A stretch of 64,000 nucleotides of DNA from Verrucomicrobiaceae bacterium (GCA_051252135.1 JBPOGH010000002.1:96001-160000), one strand, 5' to 3'. Shown: positions 27,344 to 37,453, counted from the stretch's first letter. Translations and numbers: made by a program. The notes: generated from the sequence alone by a model not told the origin.

Positions 27344-28080
27344 GCCGGTGGGTTTGGGAAGCGGCGGCAGAGATCGCTGCCGCCTGAATGTTGGGCGCCA
27401 AGGCGGGGGTGGAAGTGGACTTCAGGGAAGAGGTGGGGGCGTTTTCTTTTCCTCCAAATGAGGAAGGGGATGAGGAGAATGAGGAAGATGAGGACTCCCC
27501 CTCCGATGAGGACGCTGCGGAGGAGGACGTGTTCTTTGTGTGTCCGGATGTTTTCCTCATTGCGTTCCTGCCGGACTTTGATTTGCCGGCCGTGGATGAT
27601 TTTCGGGAGGTTTTTGGCGAAGGAAATCATTTCGGCGAGCCGGAAGGAAGCGACGCGCATGTTGTCCTTTGGGGTCCAGTTTTGGGAGGAGAGGTTGCGG
27701 AGTTTGGCGAGTTCCTTTTGCCAGGCGTTCTGCCTGAGTTGGGTGAGGGAATCACCGCCGGCGACGAGGACAAGGGGGCCGATTTGGTCGGGGTAGGAAA
27801 GGACGACGCCCCAGTCCTTGGTGCTCCAGGCCTCTCCGAGGGCGCGGGCAAAGTCTTCGTCACCGGTGCCGAGGGGAGGTGGGGTGATGACGAGGAAGAC
27901 CTCGGTTTCGTTATCGATGGCGTGGCGTTCGAGGATGGAGGTGATGGCGTCGGACTCCTGGATGGTGAGGAATTTTTCGGGGTCGTGAATGAGGCGGGAG
28001 GGGCGCGCGGGGAGATCGTCTCCCGGTGCGGAGCCGAGGAGGGCAAAGATGAGGATGAGGAGGAAGGGAGTGGTCTTCAT
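27340..28080 (-). CDS. TPM domain-containing membrane protein
   Basis: IHDPEKFLT..EVFLVI..FARALGEAW; C-terminal TM helix and RLGAQHSGG tail. Confidence 0.65.
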   Translation of the reverse strand: MKTTPFLLILIFALLGSAPGDDLPARPSRLIHDPEKFLTIQESDAITSILERHAIDNETEVFLVITPPPLGTGDEDFARALGEAWSTKDWGVVLSYPDQIGPLVLVAGGDSLTQLRQNAWQKELAKLRNLSSQNWTPKDNMRVASFRLAEMISFAKNLPKIIHGRQIKVRQERNEENIRTHKEHVLLRSVLIGGGVLIFLILLIPFLIWRKRKRPHLFPEVHFHPRLGAQHSGGSDLCRRFPNPPA

Positions 28081-28685
28081 CCTTTGGTGGCCCGGTGGGC
28101 TTCTTTGAGGGCTTTGTTTGCGATCTTACAGGATCCGGTCAGCTCGTCGTCGATCAGGTCGAGGAAAGTGAGGATGCCGGTGGTCCATTCGAGGGAGACG
28201 AACCATTGGGCGGCTTCGTCGAGGATGCGTTCGAGGCTGGAACGGGCGAGGAAGGTTTCGAGTTGGTAGCCGGAGACGAAGGCGTGGAGTTTTTTGGAGG
28301 GGTCGATGAGGAGGAGACCCCGCCATTCCGGGGAGTCTCCGGAGTCGGGTGTTTCGTTGAGCATCCACCAGGCGAGGAGGTTGGGCGGGAGGTTATCGGG
28401 GCAGTTGACGGAGCAAATTGCGAGAGAGATTTGGGGGAATTTGCCGCGGAGCTCGCGGAGGCGGGATTTGATTTGGGTATTTTTATCCGGGAGGGTGCGG
28501 GCGAAGTCCATGATCTCCTGGAATTGGGGAGCGGGACCGGGGATGAGATTGGAGATCATCCCGTAGTGGAATCCGCAGCGTGGGCATGCGGGTTGGGAGG
28601 TTTCCAGGATGGCCTTGCAGGATGGGCAGTTGAGGGCGGAGCGCCTGAGAATCCTGGATGCGATGAAGTGGGTGGAGGAGGGCAT
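28077..28685 (-). CDS. Zinc-ribbon plus TPM-like domain protein
   Basis: CPSC..CPRCG; DFARTL..FPQI..LLLIDP..SGYQLETFL. Start uncertain. Confidence 0.6.
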   Translation of the reverse strand: MPSSTHFIASRILRRSALNCPSCKAILETSQPACPRCGFHYGMISNLIPGPAPQFQEIMDFARTLPDKNTQIKSRLRELRGKFPQISLAICSVNCPDNLPPNLLAWWMLNETPDSGDSPEWRGLLLIDPSKKLHAFVSGYQLETFLARSSLERILDEAAQWFVSLEWTTGILTFLDLIDDELTGSCKIANKALKEAHRATKG

Positions 28686-28803
28686 GGGGGCTAGGGAGGG
28701 AGCCAACGGAGAGAGTAGGGAATGGGGGGCGATTCGCCAAGCCTTGAGAATGGGCAAACTCCGGCTTTACAAGCGGACGCAACCTCCTACATTGCTGCGC
28801 CCC

Positions 28804-29301
28804 ATGACTTTGGCCTTTCTCGACATCTCAATTTGGATCAATTTGGTGATCATTTCTCACGTCGTTGTGAGTGCGCTTTTGATCCTTGTGATCCTGATGC
28901 AACGACCTAAGCAAGAAGGACTTGGGGCCGCCTTTGGCTCCGGTGTGACCGATGCTGCCTGGGGTGCCCGGACGACGGATGTGTTGCAGCGGGCGACGGT
29001 TTATTTGGGGACACTTTTCTTCGTGCTCTCGCTGGTGCTCGCCATATTGGTGGGTAAGAAGAATCATGTGGAGAGCAAGCGTGCGGACTCCGATGGGGCG
29101 AGCAGTGTGAGTGAGCCTGCGGCCGAGGAGGTGATCGAGGAGCCGGTTGCTCCCGAGAATATCGACGAGACGGTGGATTTTGCGAAGGAGCTGGAAGCAG
29201 CTGCACCGGGAACGGCTCCGGCTCCCGAGGAGGCACCTGCCGAGGAGGCGCCCGAGGTGACGCCTCCTGTGGAGGTTCCCGAAGCGCCCGAGGGCCAGTA
29301 G
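28804..29301 (+). CDS. secG: Preprotein translocase subunit SecG with acidic C-terminal tail
   Basis: LLILVILMQRPKQEGLGAAFGSG..GART..L.RAT..LGTLFFVLSLVLA. Confidence 0.9.
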   Translation: MTLAFLDISIWINLVIISHVVVSALLILVILMQRPKQEGLGAAFGSGVTDAAWGARTTDVLQRATVYLGTLFFVLSLVLAILVGKKNHVESKRADSDGASSVSEPAAEEVIEEPVAPENIDETVDFAKELEAAAPGTAPAPEEAPAEEAPEVTPPVEVPEAPEGQ

Positions 29302-29322
29302 GGTTTTCCCAATTACGCTGCT

Positions 29323-30483
29323 ATGAGCGATTCCGCGTTACCGATCTGGGCGCGCGAGGATGTGTTTCCGCTGAAGCCGGAGGATGCTCCTTACGGGTGT
29401 CGTGATAACAAGGGGAAGCTGACGGGCTTTGAGACGCTGAAGGAGTTGCGGAGTTATTTGTCGGCAGGGAAAGGGCGTTTGGCGTGGGTTTGGGTGCCGG
29501 AGTTTGATCGGTTTGTGGCGCCGGAGGAGGTGCCGGAGTTGGCGGTGAGTTTGAAGAAGCGGCGGGCGTTGTTGGCGGGTGATGATTCGGAGGCGGGCCG
29601 GAAGGGGTTGATGATTTTTGCGGCGGCGCTGGCTTACTTTTTTTATCAGGCGCACTCGGCCGGGGGGATGAAGGCGGTGACGGAGTCGGCGAATGTGGGC
29701 TTGGCTCTCATCCTGTTGTTGATTTTTGGGGTTCGGCCGTGGTGGGAGGGTCGGCAGGGGTTGCGTGAGGTGCAGAGGCTGAAGGTGGAGGAGATCAAGG
29801 AGGAAGTGCCGGAGGCGCGCTTTGAGTTGTGGCTGAGCAGTCAGAAGTCGTTTCTAACGATTGTGTTTTGCGGGTTGGTGGTGGCGGTGTTTGTGGTGCA
29901 GTTTTTTACGAAGGGGATGATGGCGGCGGCGCTGGATAAGGTGAAGTTTGCGGAGGGTGAGTGGTGGCGGCTTTATACGGGAGCGCTTCTGCACGGGAAT
30001 TGGCTGCACCTGGGGATGAATTTGTCGGCGCTGTGGTATTTGGGTCGGCGGGTGGAGATTTTGGCGCGGTGGCCGCATCTGGCGATGGTGATGTTTTTAT
30101 CGGTGATTGGCGGTGGTTGGGCGACGGTGGCGTGGACGACGGCACCGTCGGTGGGGATTTCGGGGGCGGTGTGCGGGTTGTTGGGTTTTCTTTTGGTGTT
30201 TGAGTGGCTGCACAAGAAGCTGGTGCCGAGTTCGGCGAGGCAGCGCTTGTTTGGGATTTTGGTGTCGCTGGTGGTGATTGGGGCCTTGGGGTTTCGTTTT
30301 ATTGATAATGCGGCGCACTTTGGTGGGTTGGTGACGGGGGCGGTGTATGCGGCGGTGGTGTTTCCGAGGTCGAGCTCGCCGGAGCGGCCTTCGATTTTAA
30401 AACAGGACAAGGCGTTGGGAGCGGGGGCGTCGATTTTGTTCGTGTTGAGCGGGATAGGGGCGATGCTTGCGATGCTTTCCTGA
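29323..30483 (+). CDS. Rhomboid family intramembrane serine protease
   Basis: EWWRLYT..LHGNWLHLGMN, VGISGAV, DNAAHFGG. Confidence 0.9.
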   Translation: MSDSALPIWAREDVFPLKPEDAPYGCRDNKGKLTGFETLKELRSYLSAGKGRLAWVWVPEFDRFVAPEEVPELAVSLKKRRALLAGDDSEAGRKGLMIFAAALAYFFYQAHSAGGMKAVTESANVGLALILLLIFGVRPWWEGRQGLREVQRLKVEEIKEEVPEARFELWLSSQKSFLTIVFCGLVVAVFVVQFFTKGMMAAALDKVKFAEGEWWRLYTGALLHGNWLHLGMNLSALWYLGRRVEILARWPHLAMVMFLSVIGGGWATVAWTTAPSVGISGAVCGLLGFLLVFEWLHKKLVPSSARQRLFGILVSLVVIGALGFRFIDNAAHFGGLVTGAVYAAVVFPRSSSPERPSILKQDKALGAGASILFVLSGIGAMLAMLS

Positions 30484-30487
30484 ATAG

Positions 30488-31729
30488 ATGTTCCCTGATC
30501 TCCAGACTTCGATTCCCGGACCCGAGTCGCTTCGGCTGGCGCGGGAGTTGCGCGAGTATGAGTCACGGAATGTGACGTATGTAGATGGGGAGTGGCCGGT
30601 GTTTTGGGAGCGTGCGGAGGGGGTGAATGTGTGGGATGCGGATGGGAATCGATTTTTGGATCTGACGAGCGCGTTTGGGGTGGCGGGATTGGGTCACCGG
30701 AATGCGGAGGTGGTGGCGGCGATGCAGGGGCAGGCGGATGCGTTGCTGCACGGGATGGGGGATGTGCATCCGACGCGGCTGAAGGGCGCGTTGTGCCGGA
30801 AGTTATCGGAGATGACCTATGAGAGGTGGGGTGCGGGGAAGGGGAAGGTCATCCTTTCGAACTCGGGGTTTGAGGCGGTGGAGTCGGCGCTGAAGACGGC
30901 GCGGCTGGCGACGGGGAAGCGGGGAATTGTGGCCTTTTCCGCGGGGTATCATGGGTTGGGATACGGGAGTTTGTTGGGGACGGATTTGGAGAAATTTCGG
31001 GGTCCGTTCGGGGATCAGTTGGCGGAGGTGACGACGCGGGTGGATTTTGGGGGTTCGATGAGCGGGGTGGATGGTGCGGCGGTGGGGGCGGTGTTGGTGG
31101 AGCCGATGCAGGGTCGGGGCGGGAAGCGGATGGCGCCGGAGGGGTGGTTGAGGATGTTACGGGAGTGGTGTGATGAGAATGAGGCGTTGTTGATTTTTGA
31201 TGAGATTTACACGGGGTTTTTGCGGACGGGGAAGATGTTTGCGTGTGAGTGGGACGGGGTGGTGCCGGATGTGATTTGTGTGGGGAAGGCGCTGAGCAGC
31301 GGGTTCCCGATTTCGGCCTGTGTGGGGAAGGCGGAGGTGATGGACGGGTGGCCGGAGTCGACAGGGGAGGCGCTGCATACGAGCACGTTTTTGGGGCATC
31401 CGGTGGGATGTGCGATGGCGCTGAAGTCGCTGGAGATTTTATCGCGGCCGGAGACGGCGGCGATGGTGGCGCGGACGGGGGCTTATCTGGAGCGGAAGCT
31501 GAGGGAGCTGGAGTCGGGAGAGATCGTTGAGGTGCGGGGCCGGGGGGTGATGTGGGGGGTGGAGTTGCGGGAGAATGCAGGAGGACTTTTAACTGATCTT
31601 TTGAAGGCGGGCCTGATTATGCTGGCGGATGGGGAGAGGGGGAATGTGCTCTCGTTCACGCCGCCTTTTGTGATGAGCGAGGAGGAGGTTGATTTCGCGG
31701 TGGGGCGGGTGGCGGAGATCTTGGGGTGA
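30488..31729 (+). CDS. Class III PLP-dependent aminotransferase
   Basis: WDADGNRFLD, SGFEAVE, GYHG, EPMQG, FDEIYTGF, GKALSSG, STFLGHP. Confidence 0.92.
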   Translation: MFPDLQTSIPGPESLRLARELREYESRNVTYVDGEWPVFWERAEGVNVWDADGNRFLDLTSAFGVAGLGHRNAEVVAAMQGQADALLHGMGDVHPTRLKGALCRKLSEMTYERWGAGKGKVILSNSGFEAVESALKTARLATGKRGIVAFSAGYHGLGYGSLLGTDLEKFRGPFGDQLAEVTTRVDFGGSMSGVDGAAVGAVLVEPMQGRGGKRMAPEGWLRMLREWCDENEALLIFDEIYTGFLRTGKMFACEWDGVVPDVICVGKALSSGFPISACVGKAEVMDGWPESTGEALHTSTFLGHPVGCAMALKSLEILSRPETAAMVARTGAYLERKLRELESGEIVEVRGRGVMWGVELRENAGGLLTDLLKAGLIMLADGERGNVLSFTPPFVMSEEEVDFAVGRVAEILG

Positions 31730-31742
31730 GCGGTGCCTTCTG

Positions 31743-31873
31743 GCGTGCCTTGAGCACGCGGGGGGGACGCGGGGGTGGTTCATGGGGCTGAAGCCCCATG
31801 CTTTGGGTGTTTGCTGCCGTTGGCAGCGTCCGGATGTTCCGGAGACGAGACTGATTAAAGTGCCGTTGGCAGC
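31743..31873. repeat. Cluster of REP-like palindromes between convergent genes
   Basis: GCGTGC-CTTGA-GCACGC; CATGGGGCT-GA-AGCCCCATG; two copies of TGCCGTTGGCA. Confidence 0.6.
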
Positions 31874-32374
31874 CTAGGCGAGCTTGAGGCGGTCGTCGGA
31901 CTCGAGGAGGGCGGCGAGGGTGTCCCAGCCATTGGGGCGCTGGAGGTTGAAGATGCGCAGGTAGAGGGTGATGAGCTTGGAGTCGTTGCCCTCGAGGAGG
32001 GAGTCGGTGGTGGTTTTGAGTTTATCGGCGTCGAGGGTTTCGGGGAGGTCGCCTTCGACCTGGCCGCTGCCGTCGTGCTCGATGCCCATGCCATCGCAGA
32101 AGGTTTTGAGGATGTCTTGCTGGCCTTTCATGAACCAGACCTGGAAGAGGTGTTCGCCTACGGTATCGCTGGTGCGGAGTTTGAGGGTTTTGTGGAGCCA
32201 GGCGGCCTGGTCGGCGGGTGATTTTTTCTGAACGAAGATGGGGCGGAGTTTCCGGTTGGCAGCGAGGCTTCCAACGGCGGTGTTGTAGAGTTCCTTTTCG
32301 TTGGTGCGGAGCCACTGGCACATGTCGGAGACGAGTGAGTGGTCAATTTCCTGATAGATTTCGTAAGCGTTCAC
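31874..32374 (-). CDS. Hypothetical protein
   Basis: Plausible GTG start (VNAYEIYQEID); C-ending codon usage typical of minus-strand genes here. Confidence 0.7.
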   Translation of the reverse strand: MNAYEIYQEIDHSLVSDMCQWLRTNEKELYNTAVGSLAANRKLRPIFVQKKSPADQAAWLHKTLKLRTSDTVGEHLFQVWFMKGQQDILKTFCDGMGIEHDGSGQVEGDLPETLDADKLKTTTDSLLEGNDSKLITLYLRIFNLQRPNGWDTLAALLESDDRLKLA

Positions 32375-32462
32375 GGTTGTTTTTATCTGCGGGGAGTCAA
32401 CACTTCGGGCCGGTGAAGGCAAGAGGAAAGGCCCGCACCGCTCTGTGAGTGAGCTCTTTTTG

Positions 32463-33104
32463 ATGAACGATTCCGAAATTACCCCCAAACCGGCTCCTTC
32501 TCGCGGAGGAGGTCGCATTTTTGCTTTCTTTATCGGGCTGACCATCTTGGTGGTCGGCGGGATGGCGGCGTTTTATTATTTTGTGGGGAAGCCGGCGATG
32601 TCTCCGATGGACCGCTTGGCGGAGGCCTTGAAGAATGTGACGGAGGGGGAGGTGACGGTGACGGGGTCGAGTGTGACTTTGGCGCGGGGTGAGATGCGGG
32701 AGTTGGCGGTGGAGGAGCGGCGGGTGCAGAGCATGGTGAAGTATGAGACGAAGTGGATGGGCTCGGATAAGATGATTATTGTGAAGGGGGAGTTTTTGGT
32801 GAAGGCGGGGTTTGATCTGACGGAGTTTGACGGGTTTGAGCTGGAGGGGGAGAAGGTGGTGGGGCAGTGGCCGAAGGCGAAGGTGCTGAGTGTGGAGCAG
32901 CTGAGCCACGAGATTTTCTTTTCGAAAAGCGGGGTGGTGAACAAGTTGAGCGAGCGGGATTTTGAGCAGGTGGTGAACTTGCTGCAGCAGCAGGCGCGGG
33001 AGGATGCGGAGCTGCGGAGTGATATTCTGGAGTCGGCGGAGCGGGTGATCCAGCGTCGGCTGGAGGACTTGAGTGGCGGGGCGTATGAGTGGAAGCCCCA
33101 ATAA
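32463..33104 (+). CDS. DUF4230-like membrane-anchored protein
   Basis: N-terminal TM; ELAV..VKAGFDL..PKAKVLSVE..ILESAE. Confidence 0.7.
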   Translation: MNDSEITPKPAPSRGGGRIFAFFIGLTILVVGGMAAFYYFVGKPAMSPMDRLAEALKNVTEGEVTVTGSSVTLARGEMRELAVEERRVQSMVKYETKWMGSDKMIIVKGEFLVKAGFDLTEFDGFELEGEKVVGQWPKAKVLSVEQLSHEIFFSKSGVVNKLSERDFEQVVNLLQQQAREDAELRSDILESAERVIQRRLEDLSGGAYEWKPQ

Positions 33105-33150
33105 AGGAGCTTTTCGGGTGTCTGCTTTTTAGAATAGAACTCCCGTTGCC

Positions 33151-34059
33151 ATGAACTATGCCTCCCTTTTTTTAGTGCTCAGTGTGATGGGGGCTTCGGC
33201 CCGGACGTGGACTTCGTCAGACGGGAAGGCACTGGAGGCGAGTTTTGTTTCGGCAACGGAGACGGAGGTGACGCTGAAGCTGGATCGAGGCGGGAGGGTG
33301 GTGACGATTCCGCTGACGCGGCTGAGTGAGGAGGATCGGATTTTTATCAAGGAGGAGGCGAAGCCGGAGGAGCCGGAGGCGACGGAGCTGGAGGGGGAGT
33401 ATGCGCATCTGGTGACGGGGGAGTGGGTGATGGCGGAGCATGGGAGTCTTCCTTATGCGTTTTATGGGGGGAAGGAGCTGAATGGTTCTTCGAAGGTGCC
33501 GCTGGTGATTTCGCTGCACGGGAAGAGTGATAACAATGAGAACGGGAAGCAGATCGGGTTTGCGCGGAAGTTCGCGGAGGGGGCGAATTATGGGGAGCGG
33601 CCTTGTTTGATTTTGGCTCCGTTGTGTTACCAGCCGCATGGGGCGACGGGGGGAGGTTGGGATGATGCGCCGGGGGAGGAGACGTTGGATTTGGTGAAGG
33701 ATTTGTTGAAGAAGCTGCCGATTATTGATGAGAAGCGGGTGTATGTGATCGGGTATTCGATGGGAGGATTTGGGACGTGGCATTTCCTGAAGGAGGAGCC
33801 GAAGATCTTTGCGGCGGGGGTGCCGATTGCGGGGGGATCGAGCGGGGTGGGGAAGTTGAAGTCGATGCCGATCTGGTCCTTTCACGGGGCGAAGGATGCG
33901 GTGGTGCCGCCGGACTATGCGCGGAATTGTGCGGAGGAGCTGAAGCGCTCAAAGGTTTTCAAATACACCGAGTTCCCGGAAGCGGGGCACGGGATCGCGG
34001 GGGATGTGACGGCGGATGTGGAGCTGCACAAGTGGCTCTTTGCGCAGGCGCGGAAGTAG
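33151..34059 (+). CDS. SHD1-like domain plus predicted peptidase/esterase
   Basis: ARTWTSSDGKALEA..LTRLSEEDR; PLVISLHG, GYSMGG, WSFHGAKDAVV, AGHG. Confidence 0.85.
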   Translation: MNYASLFLVLSVMGASARTWTSSDGKALEASFVSATETEVTLKLDRGGRVVTIPLTRLSEEDRIFIKEEAKPEEPEATELEGEYAHLVTGEWVMAEHGSLPYAFYGGKELNGSSKVPLVISLHGKSDNNENGKQIGFARKFAEGANYGERPCLILAPLCYQPHGATGGGWDDAPGEETLDLVKDLLKKLPIIDEKRVYVIGYSMGGFGTWHFLKEEPKIFAAGVPIAGGSSGVGKLKSMPIWSFHGAKDAVVPPDYARNCAEELKRSKVFKYTEFPEAGHGIAGDVTADVELHKWLFAQARK

Positions 34060-34061
34060 TC

Positions 34062-36389
34062 CTACTCGGCGGGAGAGACGGAGTGCCATTTGTTGATGGC
34101 GGGGTTTTTGAGGGTGCGTGAGGTGCCGTCGGCCCAGGTGATGTCGAGGGCGTTGACGGAGGTGGCTTTTCCGAGTCCGAAGTGGATGGCGGAGGGCTTT
34201 TGGGAGGCGAAGGAGCCGCCGGTGGTGACGACGGAAGTTTCCTTTGAGCCATCGGCGCGAGTGATGGTGACGCGGGCGTTCCAGGGGGCGGGGGAGGCAT
34301 CGGGTCCTCCGAGGTCGATCCCGATCCAACCGGTGTCGGCTTTTCCGGCGGGGATGGTGTTCTCGTAGATGACGAGGCGGTGGATGGTTTCTTCGCCGGG
34401 CTCGAGGATGGTGATGATGAGGTCCATGTCGCCATCGCGGTCGAGGTCCGTGGAGATGACGGCGCGGGAGTCGCCCTCCTGGGAGAGGCCGAGGAGGAAG
34501 GAGAGGTTGGTGAATTGGTTGGGCGCTTGCTGGATGAAGGCGACGTTATGCTCGTAGCCGTTCCAGGAGGTCTCGTAGTTGACGAGGGGTTCGAGTTGTT
34601 TGGCGAAGTGGGTGTTCCATTTTTGGCCGTCTTTTTTACGGAGGGGGGTGTAGATGTCGTGTCGCCAGAAGGTGGAGCAGTAGTCATCGGCGGATTTTCC
34701 GCTGACGTGGCCGTTGGCGATGTAGAGGTCACGGAGGCCGTTGTTGTCGAGATCGGGGGCGGCGGCTCCCCAGGACCAGCCGGATTCGGCGAGGTCGTGC
34801 GCCCAAGCGGGTTCGGTGAGGGCGAAGGAGGGGTCGTCTTTTGAGAAATAGATGCGGTTGCCGTAGCCCATGGAGGCGCGTTGGGCGGTGATTTTTTTCT
34901 CCCCTGCGAGGCCGAGGTTCATGCCTTCGAGGCGGCGGGCGGTGGTGGAGGCCATGCCGACGGCGAAGAGGTCGGTGCGGGAGTCGCGGTCGAAGTCGGC
35001 AAGGACGTGGGTCATGCCGAAGAGTCGGGGTTGGGTGAGCCAGGTGGCGGTGCGGTCGGTGAATTGGCCTTTTCCGTTGCCTTCGAAGACATCGACTCCG
35101 GCGAAGTCGCTGGTGAGGATGAGGTCGAGGTGGGAGTCGGCGTTGATGTCGGCAAAGGAGGCGGCGTAGTTGCGACGGTGGCGTTTTTTGCCGAGGCCGG
35201 AAGAGTCGGTGATGTCGGTGAACTGGCCTTTTCCGTCGTTGAGGAGGAGGTAGGAGGGGTAGCCGTCGTTGGCATCGTAGAAGGGTTCGGGGACTTCGCC
35301 GCCTTGGTAAGGGGAGCGGTATTGGCCGAGGAAGATGTCGAGGTCGCCATCGTGATCGATATCGGCGGCGGTGATGGCCTGAGTGGCGGGGAGTTTGGCG
35401 TCGAAGCAAGGGCGTCCTCCTTCGAAGAGGGGGCCTTTTTTGCCGATTTCATCGAGTGGTTTTCCGGCGAAGAGGCGGAGGGTGAGGTCGAGGGTGTCGG
35501 CGGCGAGGATGTCGACGCGGCCGTCGCCATTGAAGTCGCCCAGGATGGCGCCGGAGCTGATGGGCTCGGCGTAGGCGGTGATTTTGGCGGGGGTGAAGCC
35601 GAGGTCGCCGTTATTGAGAAGGATGGCGTTGGTTCCGCCGAGGAGGATGTCGGGGAGTCCGTCGCGGTTGAGGTCATCAACGAGGACGGGGTGGAGGCGT
35701 TCGGAGTTGAGTGAGTTGATCTCGCGGGCGTGGAGTTCTTTGATGATTTTGAAGGGGAGGGTGCCCTCGCGGGTCAGGGCGCTGAGGCCGGAGGCGTCGA
35801 CTTCGAGCCATTTGGGGGACTCTCCTTTTTTTTGCCGGTTGGCGGGAATCCAGGTGGTGTGGATGTGGCCGCGGAGGATGAGTCGCTTGTGGTTGGCGGA
35901 ATTATTTTCGAGGTGAAGGGTGATGTTGAAGGTGGAGGTGGCTGATTTTTCGGGGGCTGCGGCCTTTTTGAAGGAAAGGTGGTGCCATTCCGACTCGACA
36001 AGAAGCCAGCCGGAGTCTTTGAGGGACTTGAGAAAGGCGGAGAACCGGTTGCGGTCGAGGGTTTGTTTTTCAGTGTCCGCGGGGGCATGCCGGGAGATGG
36101 TGCCGAAGGGGCTTTCGCCGATGTTCTGAAAGTTGAAACGGGCCGGAAGGATGACTGTTTCGGGAAGGTAGGGTTCTGCAACGGCCGGGAAATCCTGATC
36201 AGCGCGAAGGGTGTCCCAGAGAGCGGTGACGGTGTTTCCGTGTCGTCCGGCTTCGGTTTCTTCCGCGAAGGCGGAGGCGTCGAGGGCCTGGCGTTCGAGG
36301 TCGATTTCATTGGTATCCTGAGCTTTGAGAGCTCCGGCGAGCGCGAGGATCAGGGCGAGGTTACATCGATGCAACAAAATGAGTGACAC
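34062..36389 (-). CDS. CRTAC1/ASPIC-UnbV FG-GAP repeat protein (Cys-containing paralog of 8281-10896)
   Basis: Multiple DxNxDG repeats, GWSWG..DLYIANG..DDYCSTFWR, SWNGYEHN, GGSFASQ..HFGLG..ITWADG. Confidence 0.88.
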   Translation of the reverse strand: MSLILLHRCNLALILALAGALKAQDTNEIDLERQALDASAFAEETEAGRHGNTVTALWDTLRADQDFPAVAEPYLPETVILPARFNFQNIGESPFGTISRHAPADTEKQTLDRNRFSAFLKSLKDSGWLLVESEWHHLSFKKAAAPEKSATSTFNITLHLENNSANHKRLILRGHIHTTWIPANRQKKGESPKWLEVDASGLSALTREGTLPFKIIKELHAREINSLNSERLHPVLVDDLNRDGLPDILLGGTNAILLNNGDLGFTPAKITAYAEPISSGAILGDFNGDGRVDILAADTLDLTLRLFAGKPLDEIGKKGPLFEGGRPCFDAKLPATQAITAADIDHDGDLDIFLGQYRSPYQGGEVPEPFYDANDGYPSYLLLNDGKGQFTDITDSSGLGKKRHRRNYAASFADINADSHLDLILTSDFAGVDVFEGNGKGQFTDRTATWLTQPRLFGMTHVLADFDRDSRTDLFAVGMASTTARRLEGMNLGLAGEKKITAQRASMGYGNRIYFSKDDPSFALTEPAWAHDLAESGWSWGAAAPDLDNNGLRDLYIANGHVSGKSADDYCSTFWRHDIYTPLRKKDGQKWNTHFAKQLEPLVNYETSWNGYEHNVAFIQQAPNQFTNLSFLLGLSQEGDSRAVISTDLDRDGDMDLIITILEPGEETIHRLVIYENTIPAGKADTGWIGIDLGGPDASPAPWNARVTITRADGSKETSVVTTGGSFASQKPSAIHFGLGKATSVNALDITWADGTSRTLKNPAINKWHSVSPAE

Positions 36390-36454
36390 ATGGTCTCAAT
36401 AATGTTGAACTGGCCGGACAGCAACAGCAAAAACTGAGCTGGGATCTACAGATT

Positions 36455-37345
36455 ATGAAAAACACACTAAAAGCAACATCGATTCTTCTCGGGTTGTCGG
36501 TAGGCAGCGCGAGTGCGGTCACGACGACTTTGGTGGATACTTTCGGGGACGGCAACATTGCCACAAACACTGACGGCACCGTGCCAGCAGGAGTTGACGG
36601 GACTTATTCCACGGACATCAACGGCACGATTGTTGAGTCGGGTGGAGCTCAGACCAATACGCCGGCTGACGGCAACTGGGCGCGGACCGAGCTTCATCAC
36701 AACAATGACTACGCGAGGCCAGCTGCCCCGGGCGAATCATTGACCTTCAGCTGGACGATCGGCAATGTCAACGTGACGACGGACCGGACGCCATCTACCG
36801 ATAATGATCATGATTACCGTGTGCAGCTCAATGCAATTTCCGCGAACCGTGCCCAAGGTGGCGGATCGGAGCGTTGGTTGGTGACAGAAGGTGCAATCAG
36901 CCTCGATCTTTTCTTCAATGAGAGTGCCCTATCTGGATCGCGATCCGTGCAGAGCAGCTTCTTCACGAAGAGTGATGATCAAGCGGGTAGTTCCGATGGA
37001 TCGAACCAAGGTGATCTGGTTTTCACGCAGACGCAGTGGGACTGGAATACGACCGACAATACGATTTCCCTGGAAATCACGGACACCGGTTACACCTGGT
37101 CAGACAGCCTTGGCTTGATTAACTTCACGCAGACTTTTGCTGCGAACGCTGACATGGACGCGATCCCTGCTGAGTTCACCAACGGCATTTGGGCATTCCA
37201 TGACGGTCAGAACAATGACAACGGTCGTGGAAATCACCAGTTGAAGGAATTCACTGCGGTTTCGGTTTCAGTGATTCCCGAGCCTTCGGCAGTTCTTCTT
37301 TCCCTTCTCGGTGTGATTGGTGTGAGCCTTCGCCGCCGTCGATAG
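36455..37345 (+). CDS. PEP-CTERM protein
   Basis: Signal MKNTLKATSILLGLSVGSASA; C-terminus IPEPSAVLLSLLGVIGVSLRRRR. Confidence 0.9.
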   Translation: MKNTLKATSILLGLSVGSASAVTTTLVDTFGDGNIATNTDGTVPAGVDGTYSTDINGTIVESGGAQTNTPADGNWARTELHHNNDYARPAAPGESLTFSWTIGNVNVTTDRTPSTDNDHDYRVQLNAISANRAQGGGSERWLVTEGAISLDLFFNESALSGSRSVQSSFFTKSDDQAGSSDGSNQGDLVFTQTQWDWNTTDNTISLEITDTGYTWSDSLGLINFTQTFAANADMDAIPAEFTNGIWAFHDGQNNDNGRGNHQLKEFTAVSVSVIPEPSAVLLSLLGVIGVSLRRRR

Positions 37346-37366
37346 GAAGTGTCCTGATCTTTTTTC

Positions 37367-37404
37367 AACCCGCCGAGGCAGTGATGCCCGGCGGGTTTTT
37401 CTTT
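37367..37404 (+). terminator. Rho-independent terminator
   Basis: AACCCGCCG..CGGCGGGTT followed by TTTCTTT. Confidence 0.75.
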
Positions 37405-37419
37405 GGGTTGGATGGAAGT

Positions 37420-37453
37420 AAAAAGCCTTCTCTGTTTCCAGAGAAGGCTTTTT
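37420..37453. terminator. Second, bidirectional-type terminator hairpin
   Basis: AAAAAGCCTTCTCTG-TTTC-CAGAGAAGGCTTTTT, perfect 15-bp inverted repeat. Confidence 0.7.
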
